A DNA stretch of 57,318 nt from Octopus bimaculoides. Its lineage: Eukaryota. The position numbers and the translations under genes were made by a program. Location: positions 25,888,887-25,946,204 of the forward strand of contig NC_069005.1 of NCBI RefSeq assembly GCF_001194135.2. The letters run 5' to 3'. How positions within the stretch are numbered: position 1 is the first letter of the stretch; the number at the start of each line of letters is the position of its first letter. Below, piece by piece: positions 12,421-24,799 of the stretch. The notes under the pieces were generated by a model. It worked only from the letters and a program-made list of their open reading frames with translations, was not told the origin of the DNA and made no database searches.

Positions 12421-13027
12421 TAAGATATTAGAGAGTGGCAGTAACACAATATTTCTCAACCCTTTTTTTACCCTATGGACCCCTTTGGTCCCTATTTCAC
12501 TCTACTGGACCCTAACACCCTATTGACATCCCCAAAATTATATCGTATCTTTACAATTTTATATTATTAGGAATTGTATAAAAAGGTTGTTAAAATATTT
12601 TGTGAATCACAGGAGTATTACCAATTTATTACAGATAAATTTTTATCAACAAAATCTTATATGGTTCCCCAAGGGCCATATAAGTCCTGGTTGAGAACTG
12701 TTGTTGTAATGTATCAACGTTTCTGTAAAGAAGTTTCCATTTCAGTGAAATATGTGTCTTGAATGGCACAGCAATGCAGAATGGACTACAATAACTGTTT
12801 TAATTTTGGAAAATTACTATTTTTAAATCTCACAACAAGAGATATTCAGCAACAGTACTTTGTAGTAAAGATTATTTGCCAACATAAAATGGCAGTCCTG
12901 GTTTAGGACTAATGTTGCTGTAATTTAGCCTCAGGAGACGTCGTCTCCAGCTGGCTATACGACACGATCTGTGTCCTTATATTTTCGAACAAGAGAATCT
13001 AGCACCCCCACTCAGCTCAAAACAATA

Positions 13028-13072
13028 TCTGTGTATCATGATTTCTGGGTTATTTCTCTTCATCAGCACAGA
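13028..13072 (-). ncRNA. Minimal type I hammerhead ribozyme motif (Penelope-type)
   Basis: Minus strand reads UCUGUG-CUGAUGA-AGAGAAAUAACCCA-GAAA-UCAUGA-UA-CACAGA: 6-bp helix I, intact core, palindromic helix III, weak helix II. Confidence 0.55.
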
Positions 13073-13112
13073 ATAATTGTTTTAATGTAATTATTCATAG
13101 TACCATAGTACA

Positions 13113-13470
13113 AGTCACTGCTATAATCCGATTATAGCAGTGACTCGATCGATTCCTAGCAATATCTGAAGAAAGAATTTTTATATTTCGAAATATTATA
13201 TCAGACTATGGACAATTAAATTTAAACAGTTATTATAGTCCACTCTGCATTGTTGTGTCATTCAAGACCTGTTATATTTCACAAACAATACACAATGCTT
13301 CCAGCAAACATCAATTCCTAGTAATACCTGAAGAAAGCATTTTTATATTTCGAAATATTATATCAAACTATGAACAATTAAATTATAACAGTTATTATAG
13401 TCCACTCTGCATTGTTGTTCCATTCAAGACATATTTCGCAAACAATACACAACGCTTCCAGCAAACTACA
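13113..13470. repeat. 16-bp-arm palindrome followed by a ~162-bp tandem duplication
   Basis: agtcactgctataatc-c-gattatagcagtgact (13113-13145). Duplicated units start at about 13153 and 13315. Confidence 0.85.
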
Positions 13471-13538
13471 ATACTCTCCTATCCATTCCAGTGATTTATA
13501 ATTCTTGATGATATTTTGTTTGTCTTCTTGATGCACAG

Positions 13539-13819
13539 ATGATGATGATGTTGTTGTTGTTGTTAAAGACAGTGATGATGATGATGATGATGATTTCACC
13601 AGTGTTTCAATTGGTAGCAACAACAACAACAGCAGCAGCAGCAGAACTGGAGTCAATGACCTGACAACACCATCTATTGATAGATGGACGATGAATTACA
13701 ATAAGAACAGCAGCAGCAGTACTCTTGGTACCATTTCTAATCCAATCTCTGTTGAAGACTGTTGCTCGGATGAACAGCTATCACCAACCCCTATTGTCCA
13801 CTCATCAGTCCCTAATACA
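13539..13819 (+). CDS. ERCC6L: ERCC6L low-complexity exon
   Basis: gcacag|at ... aca|gtaagt. Open frame; phase 1 in and 0 out fits both neighbouring exons. D/V/N/S runs are encoded by trinucleotide repeats. Confidence 0.7.
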
Positions 13820-14299
13820 GTAAGTCTAAGGAGGAATTTCCTAGCCTTCAGCCATTGAACTGTGACCATGTTGGAGTGCGTAGTATGTAGGGTTTTGTTT
13901 TGTAATTGACCATATTACTTACTGTATTTTAACATGTATAAGGAACCCCCTAATTTTTAGGGCTTAAAATTTTGAAAAAAAAGCTTTGTAAGGGATTATA
14001 ATACTATCCGTGTATAAGAAACTCCCATATTTTTTAACCTAATTTTTTTTGGGGGAAAAAAGGGTTCCTTAGAATATGGTATTTCTGTACAATTTTATTA
14101 TATTGAGCTCTGTTTGTTGAACCTCTAAGTTACATTTTGATGCAAAGGGACACAACACCCTGGTTCTTATGCACAATCACTCACAGACAGCAAGCTGGCA
14201 GAATTGCTAGCATGCTGGGCAAAATACTTTGTGGCATTTTGTCCAACTTTACGTTCTGAGTTCAAATTCTGCTGACGTCAGCTTTGCTTTCTGCCTTTA

Positions 14300-14780
14300 G
14301 CCCTGAGCTCCACAACCACTGACGGGTGTACTTCTGCTCTACAACAGCTTGTTTGCTACAGGCTACATATTTGCCATGCAGAGGGTTTTGTTCTCACCCA
14401 TCAACAGTTGCTGCGCTTCTATCCTGCTGTTCAGCCTGGGTATTATACACGAACTCAATAGCAAATTTTTTGCTCGCCTTCATGATAGAATGAAGCATCT
14501 GATGCCTCTTGTGATTTTCAACAAGTTTTAGCATCCCGTCGTGAGATGTTTCAAGACATTTGGCCAGTCCAGTTGTGGTGGTTTTGTAAGAGATTTCAAA
14601 ATGGATCAAGCCTCGACTTCTTTGATCTCTGGGAAGGTAAAGACGATCTGCATCTGCCTTTGGGTAGTGCACCTCATTTCAAGTCAGCACCTTATGAATT
14701 TTCCTGTCACTTTTCTTTATTTTGCTGATATTCCAGTTCAACACATTGAAACTGTAAATAACTGGAACTGCTAAGGAATT
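14300..14780 (-). mobile_element. R4/Dong-like LINE fragment
   Basis: HYPKADADRLYLPRDQRSRGLI motif. Confidence 0.6.
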
Positions 14781-15010
14781 TATGGCTAACACCTTGTTAT
14801 ATGCATTTAGCTCAAGTTTCGGGACTGCTCAATCTCTCCTATAGCAATCCTTCCGGATTTTCTCTCTCATGCTTGCATGGGGGTTGGGGTAATTGACTCC
14901 CTCCCTCCGCACAAATTGCTGATTTTCTGCCAAAATTTGAAATTATTATTATGATATATTATAAATATTTTATTGTAGATTTTATTGAACTCTATTTGTT
15001 TTTCTTGCAG

Positions 15011-16295
15011 AAATCCTTGTCTGATTCTGTTTGTGAATCTCCTGCTCCTGAAAACAACACTACAAAGACCGGTTCCATTGGCCGGAAATCTTCTATTTTA
15101 CACTCCGATGACCTTCTGAAATCATTCATGTGTAACAATAGTGCGAATTCCAGTCGCCAGCGTCCTCGTCTGTCTGATTCTGTCCGTAAGGCAGAAGACA
15201 CAGCAGTCGATTCGGAGGATGGTACATGGTTTGTTGCTGACTCAGATGATGAAAATGGTACCACTACTGAGATGGGTCGCCATACTACATTAAAGCCAAG
15301 TCTCAATTTCTGTGTAGCAGAATCTGACAGTGAGAATGACATGATTAATGATTCTTGCGCAGATGGTAGCCTGTCAGGAAAGGCTTTGAACAGCACCAAA
15401 GGTAGCAGCAGTAAGAATTTCCGTACACCCTCTTTCAAAGGTGTGTCTTCTGTGGTGCCGAGTAGCTCGCCAAGAACTGAAGGCCGCGAAGAGGAGGAAA
15501 TGGAGACTGTGGCAGATAACTCATTTGAAGGTCAAACAGAACAACGTTTGGGGCATGACCAAAGCAAGAACACAGAATGTAATGGTGAGGGGAACGACAG
15601 CGTTGTCAATGTTAAAAGACACCGAAAGGTATATTGTGTGATAAGTTCTTCAGAAGAGGATTCTGGCTCTGATGGTGTTGATGACGACGACAACAATGAG
15701 AACAAAAGAACCAATGATGACAGCAGCAGTTTCGATGCTGTGCTTCCGAAACTGTCAAAATGTCATCGAAAGAGACTCCTCTCTTCATCAGAGTCTGAGG
15801 CAGGAACAGATTCTGATGGTGAAGGAGAGAATAATATCTCTGTTGTCCAAGAAATGTTGAATATTTCTACTAATCCACACGAGTCACTCATCTCTTCTGT
15901 CCAAGTACGTCCTGTCAAAGTTCGAAGATCGCAACAGTTTAATAATTCCCAAACAACGCAGTCTCCTAGCCTGTCGTCGGCTGCTCGAAAGGGTCCTTTC
16001 GAGGCAGAGCTCAGTGATGCGGATATGGAAGGCGCATCTGCGGTGGTTAAGAACAACAGCTTGGTTGCCCGTGGGGCTGGAGGGACATCTGATGGGGTCG
16101 GTGAAAGGGAGGAGGACGGAAATGGAAAAAGAGAAGAAAACGATGTAAAGGAGGATGAAGACAGTGAAGAGGAGGAAGAAGAAGAGGGAGATGATGAACA
16201 AGAGGAAGAAAACGAGATGGATGTAATAAATAAAGAGAGAAAGGAAATATCAGTAGTAAGGGAAGAAAATGAAGACAGTGAGGAAGAGGAAATAG
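15011..16295 (+). CDS. ERCC6L: ERCC6L long Ser/Asp/Glu-rich disordered exon
   Basis: tttcttgcag| ... g|gtatgt. 1285-nt open frame (ORF 14951-16321), as expected for the long acidic C-terminal region of PICH. Confidence 0.85.
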
Positions 16296-16452
16296 GTATG
16301 TTGTTTCTTTATCGCAAGTGAATGATTTAAAAGAGGCAGGTGGGTGACGAGTCTACGGTTGGTGGTAGCAGGGGTGAGGGGCATCCTGTTCTTCAGCATT
16401 ACTACCTTGTGCCCATGGTAACTCAGTTCTAGGTTAATCCCTTAGCCCTTAA

Positions 16453-16673
16453 CCCTTTAGCGTTCAGATTATTCTATCAAACGTAATATGCTTATTGATT
16501 CACATTGATTTGAATTAATCATGCATTATCTCATATCTTCAAGATCTTGATGGTGTAATTACTTAATGTAGAATAACATTGTAGGGTAGGTGTGAGAGCC
16601 TGGATCTGGTCAGTTTGAACATAAAACAGATTAAATATTTTGGCCGGATATGGCCGGTTTAAATACTAAAGGG
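16453..16673 (+). mobile_element. TTAA-flanked MITE family F
   Basis: TTAA|ccctttagc...ctaaaggg|TTAA. Other copies at 16674-16865 (inverted, partial), 20358-20856, about 27925-28141, 36391-36881 and 40925-41135. Confidence 0.75.
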
Positions 16674-17295
16674 TTAAACTGGTCGTAGCCAGTCTAAATA
16701 TTCCACCTGTTTTATGTTAAATTGGCCAGATTTTTGGCTTCTCACGCCTACCCTACAATGTCATTCTAAAAATTAAGCAGTCACATAGTTGAGATCTTGA
16801 AGCTGCAAGATAATGTGTGATTAACTGAAAGCAACGAATAAATAAGCGTTACATTTCACAGAATATGAATAATATGAAGGTTGTTCAAATCTGAGATAGA
16901 AATTGTAACCATTTACAGCAAATCGACAAATTTGCAGATCTATCAGACCATTGATTTAACTGCTTTAGTTACTCTTTTACTTGTTTCAGTCGTTTGACTG
17001 CGGCCATGCTGGAGCACCGCCTTTAGTCAAGCAAATCGACTCCAGGACTTCTTTGTAAGCCTAGTACTTATTCTAGGCCTGAGGCTATAGAAGACACTTG
17101 CCCAAGGTGCCATGCTGTGAAACTGAACCCAGAACCATGTGGTTGGGAGGCAAACTTCTTTATATTTTAAAATACCCATAGAAGCGTTCTATAAAGTCCT
17201 TCCAATCCCAGACCTGTATTGAATCAATATTTGAAAGTTTTTATTCTTTCTTTTCAATGGAAAAAAATTATCTCATGTTTATATTTCTTTTGAAG

Positions 17296-17356
17296 AATTG
17301 CCATTTCTTTCCAACGAAAAGAGTGAAGAATTCAACAACTTTGTCAGGGATGCCAG
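17296..17356 (+). CDS. ERCC6L: ERCC6L exon (start of C-terminal TPR-like helix)
   Basis: ttttgaag| ... ag|gtaggt, phase 1 in and 2 out. Encodes ELPFLSNEKSEEFNNFVRDAR. Confidence 0.8.
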
Positions 17357-18282
17357 GTAGGTATTTTGTTTTCTCTTAGATGATTTTACCAGCAGAACAT
17401 TTGTCCAACCTTAACTTTCAGTAACTAAGGGACTTAGAAAAGCAAAATAAATTTGTGGCCAAGATAATTGATATAATTTGACCTTTAGCATTCAGATTTC
17501 TGTCTAATGTGATGCTTATTTATTCACATTGATAAAAATTAGTCATGCATCACCTTGTAGTTTTATATCCTGGTGTTTGATAAATAATTTAATAAAGCAA
17601 GGGGAAGAAGTATTTACATGATGTACAACTTTTACTGTTTCTGCTTGCGAAGACCTGTTCAGGCAAGCGAAATCGAAAATGAAATAAATTCGACGACTGG
17701 CACCCATGCCAACATCGTCTCCTTCATTGGACACGAAACTCGGCTTGCGAAGACCTGTTGGGGCAAGCGAAAGCGAAATCGTGATAGCACCTGTGCCCAG
17801 CGTCGCCTTCCTGGCACGTGTAAAGACATTCGAGCGAGATCGTTGCCAGTGCCGCTGGACTGGCTCCTGTGCAGGTGGCATGTAAAAGCACCCACAACAC
17901 TCTCAGAGTGGTTGGCGTTAGGAAGGGCATCCAGCTGTAGAAACTCTGCCAAATCAGATTGGAGCCTGGTGTAGCCATCTGGTTTCACCAGTCCTCAGTC
18001 AAATCGTCCAACCCATGCTAGCATGGAAAGCAGGCGTTAAATGATGATGATTTGTTTGTTGTTCATATATCTGTCACATCTGTCCCTTAGCTCATTTTTT
18101 TTTTGTTTGAATTATGCAAATTGCCTAGGCCATGTGTCTTTACATCTAAATCCCTTGGCTACAGGAAGTAAGGTAGAACTGTTGTCTTGGTGATGATATC
18201 TGTTGAAGTAGAAACACGTACCCCTGACCATCCTCTTATCTCTGAACAAAAACTAATGTTCCTTTCTCCCTTTTGTTTTCAG

Positions 18283-18412
18283 AAAGTCTTATCTAAGTGA
18301 GAATTACAAAGAGGCCTTGTATTCAACGCTGAAGGCTCTTAATCTCGATTCAAGTGACTTAAAATTACAGACATTTGCACTGAAACTGAGAAAACTCTGT
18401 AAACCTCAATGA
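18283..18412 (+). CDS. ERCC6L: ERCC6L terminal exon (TPR-like)
   Basis: ttttcag|a, phase 2 in. Encodes KSYLSENYKEALYSTLKALNLDSSDLKLQTFALKLRKLCKPQ*, resembling human QEALNCLVKALDIKSADPEV. Confidence 0.87.
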
Positions 18413-18668
18413 GACAATCACTACAAATATGGAGTTCAATGAATTCGGTAAACTGAACGTCATCACAGATTCATTGTTCACTGCAGATTATTTTTTGTTA
18501 ATTTTGTTATTTGTTTTATTTGTTTGAGTTTAGTTTTTTCTCATTAGAGATTTCACTGTCATTTGTAAAAAAAAAAAAAAAATATGCACTGCATAACATT
18601 GTGTGTTTCTTTAGTTTTTATCTCCAAACCCTAATTTCTTTTGTCTCGTGTTGGTGAATGTATACATA

Positions 18669-19576
18669 GGAGGAGGCACCCAAAAGAAACTAGAATTTTG
18701 CAATATTATTTTAATCACTTAGTTTTACATGTTGATGCTTTTGTTGTCTTCAAAGTATTCTCCATTTGAAGCGATGCATCGGTCAAGACGCATTTTCCAC
18801 TGTACGTAGTAGTCCTGGGAACTCTTGCGAAGTTATGCCTTTCAATGCTTCCGTCGTTTTTTTCCCTTCATATCTTCCACATCTGCAAATTCCATAGCAC
18901 CACCTTTCATCACCAGTGATGACCTTTCAATAAAAATAGTCCAGATCAAATTCCACTTGTTCTCTCCGTTCACGACACGCATTCAGTCGTGACTGCTTTT
19001 GATCTTCCGTAAACAAGCGAGGTACAAATTTTGCTGCAATTCTTTTCATTTGCAATTCTTTACTCAAATTTCATTGGCAAGAGCTCCAGGACACACCAGT
19101 CATATCAAACAAGTTCGTCAATTGCTTGGTGACGGTCGTCCACGATCAGTTCATGAATTTCATTTGTTCAGTAAGAGTCGACGTTCATCGCGAATGGAGT
19201 TGATCTTCAAGCGACAAGTGACCATTCCTAAAGCGTGAGAACCACTTGTAAACTTGTTTTTCTCATGGCAGTGTCCCCCTTGTAAGCTATTTGAAAAGCA
19301 TGACAACTGTGTTGGCTGTCATCTATCCCTGCAGAAAACAGGACTTCATGTAGGCATGTTGTTCCTTCATTTCAGCCATTGCAAAAATTGATGAACAGGG
19401 GAAGAAGCTCTGCTAAACAGAGATGCACCATGTGGTTGTACAACTTCACACAATGACCCCTGGTCGGTGGACTGATGCCTGAGGGTCGCACCCAGCGGCT
19501 CCTAGTGGCGGGAGCCTGAACTGCAATAGGTTTGTTCCACAGAGAACGTTTCCAGTTACGTTTGGGTGCCTCCCCT
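18669..19576 (-). mobile_element. Mariner element, internally deleted and decayed
   Basis: TA-flanked TIRs (ggaggcacccaaa). Minus-strand remnants MAEMKEQHAYMKSCF, QVYKWFSRFRNG, KFVPRLFTEDQKQSRL, VITGDERWCY jump directly to C-terminal RLDRCIASNGEYFE. Confidence 0.85.
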
Positions 19577-21024
19577 TATGTGAGTGTATGTGTAAAGAGA
19601 GAGGGACATAATAAATAAAAAAAGATACAATTTTTCTTCTTACTCCTTATTTTTGACTTGTAATATATAACATGATAAAGCTGATGACCAAAAAAGGTAT
19701 ATACATGTATGTATGTATATAAATATTTGTATAATATCTCAAATTCTTGTTGTGTGATTTTTATAGGTCTTCTTTTATAATGGGCTGTATATCATCATCA
19801 TCATCATCATTTCTATGCTTGTATAAGTGGGTGGATCTTCAGCACAGTATCTCCCGACTTGTATTTTTTTTTTTTTTTTGTGAGGTTCCACATCCTGAGT
19901 CCAGTCTTCAACCTCTTCCCATCTTTCTTTTGTCCCTACAGTTCTCTTTCTATAGAGACATCCTGGGCCCTCTTCGCCCAGAAGTCATCATCCCACACTA
20001 CATGTCTGTACTAGCGCAGTCCCCTCTTTTGCATCTTGCCCACTACATCAAATTCCTCTTGGTTTCAGTTTTCTCTTTCCAAGAAGTTTGTTTAATTGTG
20101 ATTTTATCCAACCTCTTCCCCTCTCAGATTCACACACTTATTGCAGTGGTCCTTCAGTTTTTCTAAGCCCTGTCAAAGAACTCGGAAGGTTGGGCCTGGA
20201 ACCAGGCCTTTCACGATACCCTTAAAGCCAGAAATTTTTCAGCACCCCCTCATATAAAAGTATGAAAATACCAATAATGTTTTTGTCATTTGACACAGAT
20301 GCCTGCACTTACACTTATTGGCTGGTGTGCTAATTGAACCTATATCCCTTAGAACATAACCTTTTAGCATTTAAACTAGCCAAATCCAGCCCCTCACACC
20401 TACTCTACAATGTCATTCTAAAAATAAACACTCACATTATTGAATTCTCAAAGCTATGAGATATCATCATCATCATCATCATCTAGCATCCGTTTTCCAT
20501 GCTGGCATGGATTGGACAGTTCAATTGGAACTGGTAAGCTGGAGAGCTGCTCCAGGCTCCAGTAATCTGTTTTGGCTTGGTTTCTATGGCTGGATGCTCT
20601 TCCTGACACCAACAACTCCACTATCTTTACCAGGTGCCTTTTACATATTACCAGCATGGGTGTTTTTAATGTGTCACTGGCACTGGCTACGACTACGATT
20701 TCATTTAGCTTAGCATGTTTTCTCAAGCACAGCAGATCACCAAAAGTCTTGGTTACTTTTCATCGCTGCCATGAGACTCAGATAATGGATGTTTAATTCA
20801 AAACAATGCGAATAAACAAACATCACTTCGGACACAGTATTTTGAATGCTAAACGGTTAATGTAGAGCTAACTGCAGAGTCCTCAACTCCCTGGTAATGT
20901 CACGCAAGATAATGTATTGTGTATGTGTTTTAATGCAGTAATGAAAAAGAAACAAAACAAATCATAAATTCATACAGAATACTCTGCAAAATTTATTGAA
21001 TACTTTCATTTGCTGAACCAAAAT

Positions 21025-21066
<42 letters not shown>

Positions 21067-21603
21067 TTATCTTTGTGTGTGCATGAGCATGCAGATGTGT
21101 ACATGTATGTGTGTGTGTGTATATAATATATATATATATATATATACATACATACATACATACAAGTGTGTCTGTGCTTGCGTGTGCAGGTATATGTGTA
21201 TGTAAACGTGTGTGTGTATATATATATATATATGTATCTGTATATATATGTATATGTATATTTAACCCTATTCTGACCATATTTCTAATGAAATACTCTG
21301 CTGAAATACACATAACAATTCATGCTTTTGAAAATAAGAATTTGGACGGAGTTAGTATAAAATAACTTTGTTGTTTTTATTAAAGCTGATGTTAGCAAAA
21401 GATTCTGTTGCTTAAAGTTAGGATGGGAAGTATATAATTATGAGCTACATGCAGTTTTATACATTGAAGATCTTATCTAGGCTTGTTTTAAAACCTGCCT
21501 AACTAAAATCTCCAATGTATGAAACTCTTAGTAGCGCCTAGGTATATACAATATTTATCTCACCAGATGGAGTACTTTTTTTGTTGATCTTACCTTAAGT
21601 AAA

Positions 21604-21641
<38 letters not shown>

Positions 21642-22078
21642 CATANNNNNNNNNNNNNNNNNNNNNNNNNNNNNNNNNNNNNNNNNNNNNNNNNNNNNNN
21701 NNNNNNNNNNNNNNNNNNNNNNNNNNNNNNNNNNNNNNNNNNNNNNNNNNNNNNNNNNNNNNNNNNNNNNNNNNNNNNNNNNNNNNNNNNNNNNNNNNNN
21801 NNNNNNNNNNNNNNNNNNNNNNNNNNNNNNNNNNNNNNNNNNNNNNNNNNNNNNNNNNNNNNNNNNNNNNNNNNNNNNNNNNNNNNNNNNNNNNNNNNNN
21901 NNNNNNNNNNNNNNNNNNNNNNNNNNNNNNNNNNNNNNNNNNNNNNNNNAAAGGCAAAGCTGATCTCAAGCAGAATTTGAACTCCGAACACAGCTGCAGA
22001 CAAAAGCGTTTTGCCTGGCGTGCCAACAATTCTGCCAGCTCTCTCTCCCTATATATATATATAATAAATATATATATA

Positions 22079-22115
<37 letters not shown>

Positions 22116-22117
22116 CA

Positions 22118-22151
<34 letters not shown>

Positions 22152-22471
22152 AAAAAAAAATGAAACAGCTACCAAATGTGTTGAGTGCCACTTTCTTTTT
22201 GTTTGAACACAGTATGTGTGTATTATATTTATAAGGTGAGGTTACTCTCCCTGGCTGTTCCAAGTTTCATCTTGGTACAATAATAATAATCACCTAATTG
22301 ACATTCAGGAAATTTTCGTCTTCTTGGTAAATTCAATTGTTGGATTTGCAACCATTCTAACTATAGTATAATAGTGATCTTCGATATTTTCATTAATTCC
22401 AATCTAATCTTCAATTGGAAACAGTTATTATTGTTGTTGTTGTTGTTTGACCCTGGACATCTGAAACTATT

Positions 22472-22606
22472 TCAGTACTGGACCCTGTTCGGTTGGTTAT
22501 TACTGATCAACGCTGTGTTATCTCCGACGAAATTCAGTTGGAAACACAGACAGTTGATCTCGTTGCACCCTGGATCACAGCTGCAATCACACTTGCAGTT
22601 TCCAAA
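22472..22606 (-). CDS. Uncharacterised Cys-rich membrane protein, terminal exon
   Basis: ctttctttctccag|, phase 0. Encodes FGNCKCDCSCDPGCNEINCLCFQLNFVGDNTALISNNQPNRVQY* (7 Cys). Confidence 0.8.
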   Translation of the reverse strand, partial: FGNCKCDCSCDPGCNEINCLCFQLNFVGDNTALISNNQPNRVQY

Positions 22607-23806
22607 CTGGAGAAAGAAAGAGAGTTGGAGATAGAGTGGCGAATAGTAACACTATGTAACAATTTTATTTATTATTATTTTTCTTTGGTCTTTGGTCAGT
22701 AAGCATTATTTCCTATTTGCTTCAATCATCATCATCATCATCATCATCGTTTAACGTCCGCTTTCCATGCTAGCATGGGTTGGACGATTTGACTGAGGAC
22801 TGGTGAAACCAGATGGCTACACCAGGCTCCAATCTGATTTGGCAGAGTTTCTACAGCTGGATGCCCTTCCTAACGCCAACCACTCAGAGAGTGTAGTGGG
22901 TGCCTTTACGTGCCACCCGCACAGATAGATACATACATACATACGCACACATATACATATACCATTTATCTTTTACATTCATTAGACTGTAGCCATGCTG
23001 AGGCACCACCTTGATAATAATAATAATAATAATTGTTTCTACTATAGACACAAGGCCAGAAACTTGAGGGGGTTAGTCGATTACATCGACCCTAGTGATT
23101 CACTGGTAACTTAATTTATCAAACCCCTGAAAGTACGAAAAGCAAAGCCAACCCCGGTGGAATTTGAACTCAGAATGTACTGATGGACGAAATACGGCTA
23201 AGCAATTTGTCCAGCGTGCTAACAATTCTGCCAGACAGACAGACACACACACACATTTACAAAATCAGCGTTTATCAAAAGAAATCACTACTACCCCCTT
23301 CAAACTTTGCTTTTGTAACCTAGCATCACTGTTTTCCATTACATTTCAAACAGATTCAGCACTGAGTTGTCATCATCTCAGAGATTCAGCATCCGAAGAT
23401 CATACTTCGCCACCCCATCCCATATCTTCCTGGCTCTAGCTCTTCCCGCAGTTAGAGATCATAAGGTTTACAATATAGTTTTGAAAAACCACAGTGTCTT
23501 GCAGGAATTTTTGTCCAAGCGATGCATTCCATCCCACAGAACAAAACTTAGTGTGTGTACGTAGAGCTTTTTCTTGATTTTTCCATAGGATTCCACTATT
23601 TTTTAAGATGTACTGTTCCTTGCTTGTGAATGCAGCCTAGGTAAGTATCTTGAAGAAGCAAGTAAGACAAGATAGTAAAATAATAGACCATTGACAATGA
23701 TGAGTACAATTTTTTTCAGCTGGATTTTCGACCTTATTGCAAGCCTCACCTGTTCTTCCTCCCAACTTTTTCAGATTCTAGATGTCAAGACAAAGAAAAT
23801 GATATA

Positions 23807-24192
23807 GGCGCAGGAGTGGCTGTGTGGTAAGTAGCTTGCTTACAAACCACATGGTTCCGGGTTCAGTCCCACTGCGTGGCACCTTGGGCAAGTGTCTTCT
23901 ACTATAGCCTCGGGCCAACCAAAGCCTTGTGAGTGGATTTGGTAGACGGAAACTGAAAGAAGCCCGTTGTATATATGTATGTATATGTGTGTGTCTGTGT
24001 TTGTCCCTCCACCATCGCTTGACAACCGATGCTGGTGTGTTTACGTCCCCGTAACTTAGCGGTTCGGCAAAAAGAGACTGATAGAATAAGTACTAGGCTT
24101 AAAAAGAATAAGTCCTGGGGTCGATTTTTTTCGACTAAAGGCGGTGCTCCAGCATGGCCGCAGTCAAAAAAATGACTGAAACAAGTAAGAGT
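23807..24192 (+). mobile_element. tRNA-derived composite SINE family A (head + microsatellite + conserved tail)
   Basis: A-box TGGCTGTGTGG and B-box GGTTCAGTCCC. Near-full copies also at 10656-11055, 56080-56475, 43425-43790 (-) and 53745-54070; partial copies at about 1175-1440, 7020-7200, 10100-10400, 16975-17160, 34500-34680, 35890-36100, 39000-39180 and 42250-42460. Confidence 0.85.
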
Positions 24193-24430
24193 TTTTTTAA
24201 CCTTGAAAATGGCCAGGGTGGTGCTTACGACACTCTTAATAAATGCCTCATATGTAGTGTATAATATGTAGTGCATAATATATAGTGTATAATATATAAC
24301 ATTGTATATTCATCATCATCGTTTCACATCTGTTTTCCATGCTGGCACAGGTTGGATGGTTTGACTGGAGCCTGTAGGGCCAGGGGCCTCACCACGCTCC
24401 ATTGTCTGTTTCTGATGTGATCTTTGTCAG

Positions 24431-24770
24431 ATGTTACTGCCCTCTTCCTCCCCAAACATAGTCCCTTCTATCCTGGTAACCAAACACCCGACAGAGATGG
24501 GGATCAAAGCTGTCCTTCACCCTTCCTACAGTCAAGATTTTCCTTCCTGTGACTTACAGTTATTCCCTAAGCTGAAGAAGATGATAGAAGCAATGATAAA
24601 GGTTCTGGACATCTTCAATTTCAAAGACATCCATGGAGCCTTCACAAGGTTGCTGGAGTGCTACGACAAAGTCCATTGAAACCAGCAGATTCTACTTTGA
24701 AGGAGATTTAGTTTTGCAATTCTTTGAAATTAATAAATGTCTCCTTTGAACATGTCTCAAAACTTCAAGA
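24431..24770 (+). mobile_element. Mariner transposase C-terminal remnant
   Basis: HPSYSQDFPSCDLQLFPKLKK resembles the mariner HPPYSPDLAPCDF.LFPKLK motif. Confidence 0.7.
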
Positions 24771-24799
24771 ATGCACATCATATTGTTCTTATCATTTAA

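Noticed and set aside
14992-16201. Minus-strand ORFs over the long ERCC6L exon; likewise 51347-51889 opposite the Glu-rich ORF
   Set aside because: These are antisense shadows of low-complexity coding sequence.
23749-23776. 28-nt minus-strand micro-exon (tag|...cag|gtgagg)
   Set aside because: It would frameshift the terminal Cys-rich exon.
23807-23885. tRNA genes at SINE heads
   Set aside because: A and B boxes are present but there is no full cloverleaf, and each head continues into a multi-copy SINE body.
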